Source: a virus (taxonomy: Duplodnaviria; Caudoviricetes). Taken from it: a stretch of 64,000 nt of DNA. The stretch is from IMG/VR virus record IMGVR_UViG_3300021256_000074, positions 37,101 to 101,100 of that record; one strand, written 5' to 3'. Positions 12,267 to 23,152 of this stretch are shown one piece after another. Every line of letters starts with the position of its first letter. Position 1 is the first letter of the stretch. The position numbers and the translations under genes are program-made. The notes below the pieces were generated by a model. It made no database searches. It saw only the letters and a program-made list of their open reading frames with translations, and was not told the origin of the DNA.

Positions 12267-13163
12267 ATGGAAAGTTCAAAAATTATGATGTTTCCTGAAA
12301 TGGGAAACGGCGGTATTGATCCGAACCTGTTGCTCGCTCTGAACAACAACGGCGGATTTGGTGGTAACAACTGGATATGGATCCTCTTCCTCTGGCTTAT
12401 CTGGGGAAATAATGGCTGGGGCAACAATGGCTTTGGTGCTAATGGATTCCTGTCTAATCAGATCAGCAACGATACTGGTCGTGAGCTGCTTATGAATGCT
12501 ATTCAAGGCAACGGAACGGCAATTCAGAATCTTGCTAACCTGTTGAATACAGAAGTAAACACCGTGCAGAACGGTATATTTACTCTGAACAATGCTATCA
12601 CATCTGTTGGTACGCAAGTTGGTATGAGCGGTCTGCAGATCCAGAATGCTATACAGAGCGGAAATGCTTCTATAGCTTCTCAGATCTGTCAGTGCTGCTG
12701 CGAGAACCGTCTTGCTATTTGTGAGCAGACTAATACTTTACAGTCTCAGATGGCTGCTAACCAAGCTGCAGACCAGCTTGCAGTATGCCAGTAGACTAAT
12801 GCACTGTAGTCTCAGGCAGAGCGTAACACTCGCGACATAACTGAAGCAATTAATGCTCAGAGTGTTATGATTAATAACAAGTTCTGTGATCTTGAGATGC
12901 GTGAGCTTCAGAATAAGATTGATACTTAGGCTGGTATTATCACTCAGCTTCGTGACCAAATTACTACTGACCGTTAGACTTTGCAGCTCAATTCTGCTTT
13001 CAACGCTATTGATAACAAGATTGACGCTATTGCTGCAAAGCAGCCTAACACCGTTCCCGTACAGTGGCCTAATCTTACTGCTGTCAATACCACTCCTTAT
13101 GTAAGTGGAGGTTTCTATAACAGCTTCGGTAATGGTTTTTGGGGTAACAATGTTTCATTTTAA
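12267..13163 (+). CDS. Uncharacterised membrane-anchored coiled-coil protein with CxCCC motif, 298 aa (code 15)
   Basis: Fragments 12267 and 12981 join via four TAGs; TAA at end. Gly/Asn-rich N-terminus, hydrophobic WIWILFLWLIW, heptad-like Gln/Asn-rich helices, ICQCCCENR. Confidence 0.8.
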
Positions 13164-13176
13164 TTGAGAGTAAATT

Positions 13177-13527
13177 ATGGGGTGCTTTAATATAACTACC
13201 AACGTGAGTGGGGTTCCATATCTTAGCACAACCAATGTAACTGTAACAGATACAGCTGTGGATTTAGCTTTAGGCTTCCGTAATACAAGAGGCCCATATG
13301 CAGTACAACCTGTCGGCTACTTTACAGTTCGCATTGCAACAGCAATTCCTGAAGGTACTACTGGTACACTGCCAGTAACTCTTACCTTGAATGGAATTAC
13401 TCGTGCACTTACTTTCTTTAATGGAACTCCTGTTACTGCCGCAGATCTTGCTGGTACTGGTATTATTACAGTATTCAATGATCGTTTCAACGGCATATTA
13501 CAGATTACTTCTACATTAGGAGCTTAA
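13177..13527 (+). CDS. Uncharacterised small beta-sandwich protein, 116 aa
   Basis: Intact ORF, Thr/Val/Gly-rich alternating pattern, no TAG, ends TAA. Confidence 0.8.
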   Translation: MGCFNITTNVSGVPYLSTTNVTVTDTAVDLALGFRNTRGPYAVQPVGYFTVRIATAIPEGTTGTLPVTLTLNGITRALTFFNGTPVTAADLAGTGIITVFNDRFNGILQITSTLGA

Positions 13528-13554
13528 TTATTAACTTTTTAAATTTATATAACT

Positions 13555-13884
13555 ATGGTAATGATAGAAATGCGTGAAGCTGCTCAAGATAAAGCTTTTG
13601 AGCTTCTGGATGAAATCAAGGATCTTGGTCGTCAGAAGAAGATGGCTCTTTGTGAACTGGAGGATACTTTATACGATTGCTTTGAAAGCGAGAGTGAAGA
13701 ATCTGAAGGTGGCGAATAGTCTGAAGAAGGTAAAGATCTTGGCTTCAAGAGTAAGTATAATCGCCATTACGCAATGCGTAATTTCGATAAGGACGATGAG
13801 ATGGATATGTATGAGCCCGATATGCGTCAGTATAGACGTGCAATGCGTATGCGTCGTCGTAACCGCATGGGAAGATATATGTGA
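13555..13884 (+). CDS. Uncharacterised protein with acidic core and Arg/Met-rich tail, 109 aa (code 15)
   Basis: MVMIEMREAAQDKAFELLDEIK...RRAMRMRRRNRMGRYM, one TAG, ends TGA; preferred over the out-of-frame track ORF 13574-13888. Confidence 0.75.
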
Positions 13885-13889
13885 TTAAT

Positions 13890-13926
13890 TGGTCGATTGG
13901 GTGGGGAAACCCACCCTAGTAGACCA
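13890..13926 (+). promoter_or_regulatory. Intergenic GNRA-capped stem-loop
   Basis: GGGTGGG-GAAA-CCCACCC inside an outer TGGTC/GACCA stem; no U-tract. Confidence 0.65.
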
Positions 13927-13942
13927 CAAACAATTATTAATT

Positions 13943-14440
13943 ATGTTTTCAGGATTACATCAAAATTCAACTCTTTACGTATTAGATAAAAGTGAAGAGC
14001 CAAAAGTGGTAATGGGTTATATAGAACGCGTAAGCGCTCCACACCCAATGTACCAAAATTACAACCCTGCCGTAAGTTTTGGAGCAAATCTTCAAACTGT
14101 GGTAGATATTGTAGTAAAGATAGGAAACGAAAGGAAAGAATTTGTAGGCGTACCAAGTACAGCTGTAATTCATTCTTACGGAGACTATGTTCTCAGTGAA
14201 TCTAAAGATAGCATGATTTAGGAAGTAACTGCTATGTTACAAAACAGCAAAAGTATTGTAGCAAATGTAGATTAGCATAAATCGAACATCACTGCTTGTG
14301 AAAAGATACTTAAGGAGTTAAATCCGGTGTACGCTAAGGAACAAGAGAGAGATGAGGCTATCGATAATATATCTGGCCGAATGGATCGTATAGAAGATAT
14401 CTTAGCGAGACTTGAAAACAGGCTAGGTACATAGAACTGA
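13943..14440 (+). CDS. Uncharacterised protein with C-terminal coiled coil, 165 aa (code 15)
   Basis: ATG 13943 (MFSGLHQNSTLYVLDK...), three TAGs, TGA at 14438-14440 overlapping the next ATG. Confidence 0.75.
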
Positions 14441-14835
14441 TGATAGCACAATACATACAATTAGGAAAAAAGGGTTGGAATGTGCTAGTGTATTATGGAG
14501 TACACAGAGAAGACTTTTTAGAAGTTGAAGATGCATTAAAACAATTAGGATGTTCTCATAAAGATATATGGAGATCCTTAAGGGTTTTGACTAAAGAGAA
14601 TACAGGTTTTACATTTAGCAATTCAGATTATAAAATGAGTATAGTATGTGTAGGGCCTTCTTCAGATGTAAGTCAATTTGTAAACACTGCAATACACGAA
14701 GCAAAACATGTATAGTCTCATATATGTTCTTATTACAACATACCGGAAGATAGCGAAGATGCTGCATATTTAATAGGGTATCTTGTATAGAGAATGTATA
14801 AAATGTTTTCAAAGATTATAAGACAATATGTTTGA
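14440..14835 (+). CDS. Small zincin-like HExxH metalloprotein, 131 aa (code 15)
   Basis: TAIHEAKH at 14686-14709; after TAG readthrough DSEDAAY offers a candidate third ligand; ends TGA. Confidence 0.7.
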
Positions 14836-15346
14836 TATTTAGGGAGATAAAATTAAATTTAATACAGAAGATTTAGCCATACCTCCTTTTAAAGATCATT
14901 ACAACAACGCAAAAGATAAACAACTTGCGTTGAAAGAGATTGAATACGTAGTCTGGCTACACAAATGGAACACGCCGTATGAAGCGTATCCCGCAAGCGA
15001 ACGGCCGTTTGTTGTAGCCAAAGACGTGTTCAAAAATGAAAATTATACCCCTTCTGAAGAAGTTTAGCAGCTAGAAAAGCGATTTATAGAGTTTTAGGAG
15101 ACTCCTGGAACAAGACTGTTAAGCGCATCTCAGACTGCAGCAGAAGGACTTATAGTAGCTCTAAATGATTATTCGAGAGGTTTAATGGATATAGATACTG
15201 CTATAAAGGTTACGAGAATATTAAAAGATGTAGGTAACATAGTAAAGTCGCTTGATATTGCCATGAAACAGGCTAAGATGGAACAGGCTGAATCTGGTAG
15301 GATTAAAGGTGGCGGTACTATAGGTTTATATGAAACTGTTAGATAA
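14828..15346 (+). CDS. crAss-type conserved protein, possible terminase small subunit, 172 aa (code 15)
   Basis: Absent from track (three TAGs). MFDI(Q)GDKIK...RIKGGGTIGLYETVR, TAA 15344-15346. Size, helical character and position near terL suggest TerS; function is inference. Confidence 0.55.
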
Positions 15347-15347
15347 T

Positions 15348-15731
15348 ATGTGGTTAAGAAGAATTGATTAGGATGGTTCCGAGTTTCGTTATGAGTTGGA
15401 TGATTGCTACGCTGCACCCCTAATGACAGAAAAAGGCCATCAGACACAGATGTTTGTGGTATGTAAATATTTTAAGAACAACGACGGTGAATTTTAGTTG
15501 TGTAGATGCAACGAAAAAGTATATGTAACTATTGAAATGTTGCTTTCCACGTTTGTAGCAATTGACTCGGAAGTAGACGAGAAGATAAAAGACTTGCAGA
15601 AGTTTAAGAAAGACGTTCAGTCAAAGAATCTTGAAGAAAGTCTAGCTCCGTTTACTTTGAACAGAGTAGAAGAGCATAATGTGACGGATAATGGCGAAAC
15701 AATAACCAATTTAGATAATGGCAACAATTGA
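15348..15731 (+). CDS. Hypothetical protein, 127 aa (code 15)
   Basis: ATG 15348 is in frame with track ORF 15498-15731 via two TAGs; ends TGA overlapping the lysin start. Confidence 0.65.
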
Positions 15732-16302
15732 AAAATATATTCCTATCATACTTAGATGGGAGGCTGGCATAACAATGAAAGCCGGCGAAACTTTAGAAAA
15801 TGCTTTTTTGAGAGCTAAGAAACATGGATTTGCAGACGATCCTGATGATCGCGGTGGAGCTACAATGATAGGTGTCACGATAGGAACATATCGATCTTAT
15901 TGCAAATACAAGGGAAAGAAAGTACCTAGTGTAACAGATCTTAAGAATATTTCTTACAAAGAGTGGAGAGATATTATTCATACGATGTTCTGGTCAAAAT
16001 GGAAGGCTGATCTTATTGAAGACTAGAATGTAGCAAACATGATAGTAGATTGGGTATGGGCTTCTGGCCAAGGTATTGGTATTAAACGAGTACAAAAGAT
16101 ACTTGGTGTAACTGCTGATGGCATTGTAGGCCCGAAGACAATAGCTGCTGTAAATGCACAGAATCCAAAAGAGCTTTTCAAGAAAGTATATGACGGAAGA
16201 GCTGCACACTTCAATGCAATAGTAAAAGCTAATCCTTCGCAGAAGAAATGGTTGAAGGGTTGGATGAACAGAATCAATTATATCTATAATTTGGCTAATT
16301 GA
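15718..16302 (+). CDS. Endolysin, glycoside hydrolase family 108 with C-terminal PG-binding domain, 194 aa (code 15)
   Basis: WEAG...GFADDPDDRGGATMIGVT, then ADGIVGPKT and QKKWLKGWMNR; two track fragments joined by one TAG at 16024-16026. Confidence 0.9.
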
Positions 16303-16307
16303 TATTT

Positions 16308-18368
16308 ATGGTAGACTTTAATAAAAAAGTGTTTAACACAGATAAATTTCGTCAGGCAGCATTGTTTTTTCAAGAACACGGGTGTTACACTTTAGCTCCC
16401 AGAGGTACTACTGATTATATACAATATTGGGAGCAAGAAACAAATAGATGTTTAAACGGATATGTTGCTCCAGACGGTGACGCCATAACCGGCTATCATT
16501 ATTTTTACTTGAATTATAGTCCGATTATGAAGCTTGAAGAAACAGAATATACAGACAGATACGGCAATATTCGTAGGAAACGTGAGCGTATACTTAGTTT
16601 TCCAGACTTTTGGGATTATGATTATTTTTACTTCAATGCTATAGAAGAAGCGGAAACGTAGGGAAAACATATGGCCACATTAAAATGTAGACAGAGAGGA
16701 TATTCTTTTAAAGGTGCATCTATGTTGGTTCGTAATTACGAACTTATTCCAGGTTCTAAAAACTTTGCTGTAGCTTCAGAATAGAAGTTTCTAGTAGGAG
16801 ATGGTCTTCTTACTAAAGCGTGGCAGATTATGGACTTTGTTGATAAACATACCGCATGGTCTAAACAACGTCTTACTTCAACGCGTCTTGAACGAGTTAG
16901 TGGTTATAAGGTTACCGACGAGTTTGGTAAGTAGACAGAACAGGGATATTTATCAAGCATTACTGGAATAACACTTAAAAATGATCCAGAGCGTCTTCGT
17001 GGTACTCGTGGTAAATTAGTACTGTTTGAAGAAGGTGGTAAGTTCCCAAATCTAGAAACTGCGTGGCGTATTGAACAGCCTGCTGTAGAAACTGACGACG
17101 GCGTTGCATTCGGCTTGTTATGTTTATTCGGAACAGGTGGTACAGAAGGTGGTTCATTTGACGGATTGAAAAACATATTCTACAACCCAAAAGCATTCAA
17201 TGTTCTTAGTTTCCCAAATATATGGGACGATGGACAAGAACAAACAGAGTGTGGATTCTTTGTACCAGCTTGGAGTAATCTATAGTCATTTGACGAAGAC
17301 GGAAATCAAATCTTTATGGATTAGTTTGGAAATAGTTTAAAAGAAAAAGCTATTGAAGAACTAATAAATCAACGTAATGCAATTAAAGATGGAGGTGCAT
17401 CGTAGACATCTATAGACCGCTTTATATCAGAACGTCCTTTAAAACCACAAGAGGCCGTACTCGAATTAGGTAAGAATATTTTCCCAAGAAAACTTTTAAT
17501 GGATCAACTAACTCGTATTAGAACCAATACAAAGATTCGTAATATGAAACATATAGTAGATCTTACTTGGGACGGCAATGGAAATGTGCAAGCAACAGAA
17601 AAGAAATCAGGAGATATAACAACGTATCATTTAAAGAAAGATGACAAACCAAACGGATCTGTAGTTATATGGGAATATCCTATCCCAGACGCCCCATTTG
17701 GATTATACATTGGCGGCTGCGACCCGTATGATCACGATGAGTCATTCACTAACTCTTTAGGATCAACGTTTATTTTTAAACGAGTTAGAGCAGGTGAAGC
17801 GTGGAACGATGTGATTGTAGCTGAGTATACGGGGCGTCCTGATACTGCAGAAGAGTACTATGAAAACGTACGTAAACTGTTAGTATTCTATAATGCGAGG
17901 TTGTTGTTTGAGAATGAACGTAAAGGTATATATCCTTATTTTACTAACAAACACTGCGATTACCTACTCGCAGATCAGCCAGACAAAATAATTACGGAAG
18001 TCTTTAAAGACAGTAAAGTACAGCGCCGTAAAGGCTGTCATATGACAAAAGCCATAAGGGCTTATGGGGAAGGCTTAATACTAGAATGGTTAATGGAAGA
18101 ATACGAACCAGGCCACCCAAATATAGAGAGAGTATACAGCGAACCACTTATAGAAGAACTTATAGAGAACGACGGTGTAAAAAACGTAGACCGTGTGATA
18201 GCAATGTGTATGGTTATGATATACAGAGAAGAGTTGTTCTAGGTAAAAGTGGCAGCTGCAAAAGATAAAAATAAATAGGTTGAGCTCTTCGAGTTACCGT
18301 TGTTTAGTAAGCAGTGGTTTGATACTGACAACGATATGCACGATAGCATGCCAATATTTAGCTTTTAA
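16308..18368 (+). CDS. terL: Terminase large subunit, 686 aa (code 15)
   Basis: Walker A-like LKCRQRGYSFK, Walker B VLFEEGG, motif III FGTGG, nuclease IGGCDPY and VDRVIAM; eight in-frame TAGs, TAA at 18366-18368. Confidence 0.93.
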
Positions 18369-18370
18369 CG

Positions 18371-20857
18371 ATGGTAAGAGTAGAAGATAATTTATATAAT
18401 GCAACATTTCCTCAATAGAAACTGCCTTTATCAAAAAAGAACGAAAAGTGGCAGCACGATTGCGTGAACTATATAATCGGGGAAGGTAATGTAGTGTCTG
18501 GCGGTATGAGCAAGACACAATTCGGAGAGATGTAGACCTACTACAATCTTTATAATAGTATCTTCGACGAAAAAGATTTTAAACGTGTTACGAATCCATT
18601 TAAAGTTGAAGATGGATTCCCTGCTACGCCACAAGATTTTAATATTATACGGCCGAAGGTAGACCTCCTTATAGGTGAAGAAACAAAGCGGCCGATGAAT
18701 TTTAGAGTGGTTAGAACATCACAAGAGGCTGCTTCAGAACTCATGGAAAAAGAAAAAGAAATGGTTATGCAGTACGTAATGGCTGCTATTACCGCAAGAA
18801 TGAGTCCTGAAGAACAGTAGCAGTTTTAGCAGTAGCTTTAGAGTGGAGAAGTTATGCCCCCAGAAGCTATTGCCAAATACATGCAAAAAGATTATAAAGA
18901 TGTCGTTGAAAATACTGCTTATCACACCCTTGTTTATCTTAGAGAAAAATTAAACCTTGACAACGAATTTATTAAGGGTTGGAAAGATGCCCTTATCTCT
19001 GGTACAGAAGTATACTATGTAGGTGTTCTAAACGAAGAGCCTTATATGGAGAGAGTAAACCCGCTGTTCTTTTCTTATGACAAGAGTCCTGATTTAGAGT
19101 TTATAGAAGATGGATCTTGGTGCTGTAGAAAAATGCGCATACCAGTATCTGAGGTATACGATAGGTATTTTGATAAGCTTTCTGAAAAAGATTTAAACAA
19201 GTTAAACGAAATGCTTACAGGAACTCCGATGAATGATCATGGAGATAAAGATCCTGTAGACAATTTCAGCGGAATACAATGGCGTATATACGATAATCCT
19301 ATATACGATCAGAAGAATAGATACTGCATTAACGTGTGGCATTGCTGTTGGAAATCATTTAAAAAGATATACTATGTCACATATTTCGATGAAGCAGGAC
19401 AAGCACAAATAGAAATAGCAGACGAAAACTACAAAAAGACAGGCATGGAAATCTCTGTTGAGCCGGATTGGATTGTAGAAGTATGGGAAGGTTATAGAGC
19501 AGGGTCTGATCTCTATTTCGGCATTTAGCCTATTGAGTATCAGCACACATCTATTGATAACCCTAACTCGCAAAAGCTTCCTTACTGCGGATGTATCTAT
19601 TCCAACACTAATAGCCGTCCTAGGTCTTTGGTTTCTGTTCTTAAGCCTCTACAATATATGTATATTGTCCTTTGGTACCGTCTTGAGCTCGCTATAGCGC
19701 GTGATAAAGGAAAGGTCGTAAATATGGACATTACATAGATACCTAAGTCTATGAATATTACTCCTGACCGCTGGATGCATTATCTATCTAGCGTAGGCGT
19801 CAACTTCATAAATCCATACGAAGAAGGATGGAATATTCCTGGACGAGAGGGTGGAAAACCTGCCAGCTTTAACTAGATTACTTCTCTTGACCTTACAATG
19901 TCCAATGTCATTGCTGAATACATTCAGCTTATGGATAAGATAGAGCAGCTTGCAGGTACTATCTCAGGTATCACAGAGCAACGTCAAGGAGCTATTAGTT
20001 CTAACGAACTTGTTGGTAATGTAGAGCGTTCTGTTGTCCAATCTTCACATATTACAGAACCTCTGTTTTGGTCTCATAATCAATGTAAGAGACATGTACT
20101 AAACATGTTGCTCAATACAGCTAAAGGTGCATGGGAGCAGACAGGTAAAAAGAAGCTTAGTTACATATTCGATAATGGCGAACGAGCTTATATAGACATT
20201 GCTGATAAGTTTTATTATGAAGATATGGACGTGTTTGTGAGTGACACTTCTAAAGACATGGAGAACATTTAGAAGTTGCAGCAGCTTATTTAGCCGGCTA
20301 TGCAGAATGGAGCCAGCCTCTTGGAGGCCGCTGAAGTGCTTACAAACGATAACTTCAATATCATCAAACAGAAGCTTCAAGAGATGCAGATTAGACAGGA
20401 ACAGATGCAGCAACAAGCTCAAGAAGCAGAGCAACAGCAAGCTGTTCAACTTCAACAGATGCAGAACGAACAGCGTGAACAAGAGCTTATGCTTGAAGAA
20501 GCTAAGATGGATCTTGAGAGATATAAGATCGATGCTGATAACCAAACTAAGATTGCTGTAGCTGAAATTAGTGCATATCGTGGTACTGAAGAAAAGGATG
20601 CCAATATGAATGGTATACCTGATCCTATGGAAATAGCTAAAGATGCTACTCAACAGCGTAAGATTGCTTCTGACGAATATATTAAGCGCTATGAGGCTAG
20701 ACAAAAGAAAGAGATTGAAGATAAGAAGATCTAGCTTGAGCGCGATCGTATGCAGCATGAAATGGAACTTCAGAAAGCTAAAGACGAAGCGGCTTTGGAA
20801 CGTGAGAAGATTAAAGCAAGAACTGCAAGAGCTAATAAAGTAAGTGGAGAAAAATGA
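18371..20857 (+). CDS. Portal protein, 828 aa (code 15)
   Basis: Directly follows terL; NIIRPKVDLLIGEE, EVWEGYR, GITEQRQG, Gln-rich coiled-coil C-terminus; fragments joined by TAG; TGA at 20855-20857. Confidence 0.9.
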
Positions 20858-21030
20858 CACAAAATGAAGAACAAGAGCTCTTAGAGCTTACAAGATAGAA
20901 CAATGAGCTTCTAAGAGCTATACTTCATTTAGTACAGCATGACGAAGCTAATGACTTTATACATAATTTAATAGCTAATCTAATAGCAAATAGGATGGAG
21001 GGAAATACTTATGTACAAAGATCCAACTGA
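20854..21030 (+). CDS. Small helical hypothetical protein, 58 aa (code 15)
   Basis: ATG overlaps the portal TGA; MTQNEEQELLELTR(Q)NNELLRAILHLVQHDEANDF...; ends TGA. Confidence 0.6.
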
Positions 21031-21898
21031 CTTTAGAAAAAGATTTCAAGCTTATAAGGACGGTAAGATGCCTTATAAAAACGGCAGACCTGTTAAATTT
21101 GAAGACGGTAAAGATAAATATCCTATCACAACAGGAGGTGCTGGATATATTCCGGAGTTAGACGTAGTTTCTGCTGTGAAAAAAGCTGCACACAATTATG
21201 CATTTGGAGATTTGCCAATTGATACAATTCGGTAGAGGTTATATGAAAATATACAACCTGCTGGGTATAACGACGCATTAAGAAGAGTTCGTAGAGCAGT
21301 TGTAGAAAATGATCCAAATGATCATGCTGATTTAGATTTTATACCCACACGACCAGATAGATTTGCTAGAGAGTATAGAGATAATATATTTGCTGAATAT
21401 CTATAGATACCGAAGGAAAAAAGGCATAATATAGCTTCACATAAAATAATACCGTCAAAATACAGACCAACTAAGGGGGATTCGCCGAATAATAAATATT
21501 TTAAAATCGACGAAAATACTGCGTGGAATCCTATATGGGGACGTGTATACAACGCAGTATATAAATATAAAAATTTTTTCGGTACTACTAAACCGCTATT
21601 GATAAATCAGAATGCAATACGTCCAGCTATATATGATGTTCTTGGAAAACATACTGTGGGAAGAGGGTATGATGAAAGAGGAGAGTATATGTCATATGCA
21701 GACGTGTGGGATTTATCTCCGTATGGATTTGGAGGCGAACACGATCAGTCTAACGGAGTAGGAAAACCCGTACACATATATGATAGAATGTATTTAGATG
21801 ATTATTATGGAGTAAAAGAACCCACTCACGCTACTTATCTTCCTGAAGTAATCGTTTATGGTACAAAAGGCAAAAATGCATAGATTTAGAGACGATAA
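21011..21898 (+). CDS. Hypothetical (possibly packaged cargo) protein, 295 aa (code 15)
   Basis: Fragments 21011 and 21599 are in one frame with only TAG between; TAA 21896-21898; N-terminal YKDGK/YKNGR/FEDGK repeats. Confidence 0.7.
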
Positions 21899-21959
21899 AG
21901 AACCAAAATACAGACAATGAAGTCTGAATAAAATAAACTTTAATTAACTATATTGCAAT

Positions 21960-23123
21960 ATGGCAAAAAAGAAGAATACTATACCAAGCGGGTTTGAAGA
22001 TGTTTTAGGTAACATCTACAGTAACGCAGAAGAAGGAAGCGGTATTTCCAATATGGATGACCTCTTCAATTCTGATGATACGCTTGAAGAAGATGAAAAG
22101 AATGTACCGCCAGTGAAGACTGAGGACGGCGAAGAAAAGAAGGATGACACTTAGGTACCTCCTACTAATGAGGATGACAGTGATATTCCAGAAGATGTCT
22201 TGAAAGCAATGCAAGACAATAAAACAACTGAAGAAGACGATGACAATAAAGAAGATAACACAGAACCTTCTGATGCAGATGTCATAGAAGCTCAGCAAGT
22301 TGGGCTTTTGTTCGATGCTATCGGACAGTCTCTTGGTTGGAATATGGACGATATTGACGAGAAGGATAGACCTCTTACTGTCGACGCTCTCACAGAGTAT
22401 TTTGCAGAAACAGTAAAGCAAAACTCTGTTCCAGAATATGCAGACGAGCGAATACAGCGTCTCGATGAATATGTTCGCAACGGCGGTAAGTTTGAAGATT
22501 TTTATTCAAAACAATCAGAAAGTCTTTCTCTCGACAACATCGACATGGAAGATGAAGTTAACCAAAAAGCAGTTATTCGTGAACTCCTTAAGCATAGTAA
22601 TTATACTGATGAACAAATAAATAAGAAGATTTCTCGGTATGAAGATGCTGATATGCTTTTTGAGGAATCAGAGGATGCTTTAGATAGATTGAAGCAGATT
22701 AAGGCTCACGAAATTGAGGAAGAAGCTAAACAGCAAGAAGCATATGCTAAGCAGCAAGAAGAGCAGTCTAAAGCCTTCTTTACAGCTGTAACAAACGATA
22801 TTAATTCACTTACTAATATTCGTGGTATAGCAATTCCCAAAGAAGATCGTAAAGCTCTGTTTGATTATATTTTCAAAGTAGATCAAAACGGTTTATCACA
22901 ATACCAAAAAGACTTTAATGAAAATCTATCAAAGAATCTCATCGAATCAGCATACTTTACGATGAAAGCTGATGCTTTGATCTCTAATGCAGAAAAAAAG
23001 GGGGAGTCATCCGCTGCTGACAAACTTAGAAAAATATTACGACATACACAAAAAAATCACTCAGCGTATAATGCTGATGACAAACAGAAATCAGTTACGG
23101 ACTTACTTGCAGGTGCGTTCTGA
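21960..23123 (+). CDS. Acidic conserved protein upstream of MCP (scaffold-like), 387 aa (code 15)
   Basis: Two fragments joined by one TAG; very Asp/Glu-rich N-terminus, helical C-terminus; position matches the crAss head module. Confidence 0.75.
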
Positions 23124-23152
23124 TTTGATTAATTAAACAATATAAATAATAT

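Noticed and set aside
13574-13888. Track ORF 13574-13888 and the 13889 start of the next ORF
   Set aside because: The ATG 13555 frame gives a more plausible protein with one TAG; the 13889 extension runs through the intergenic hairpin, so ATG 13943 is preferred.
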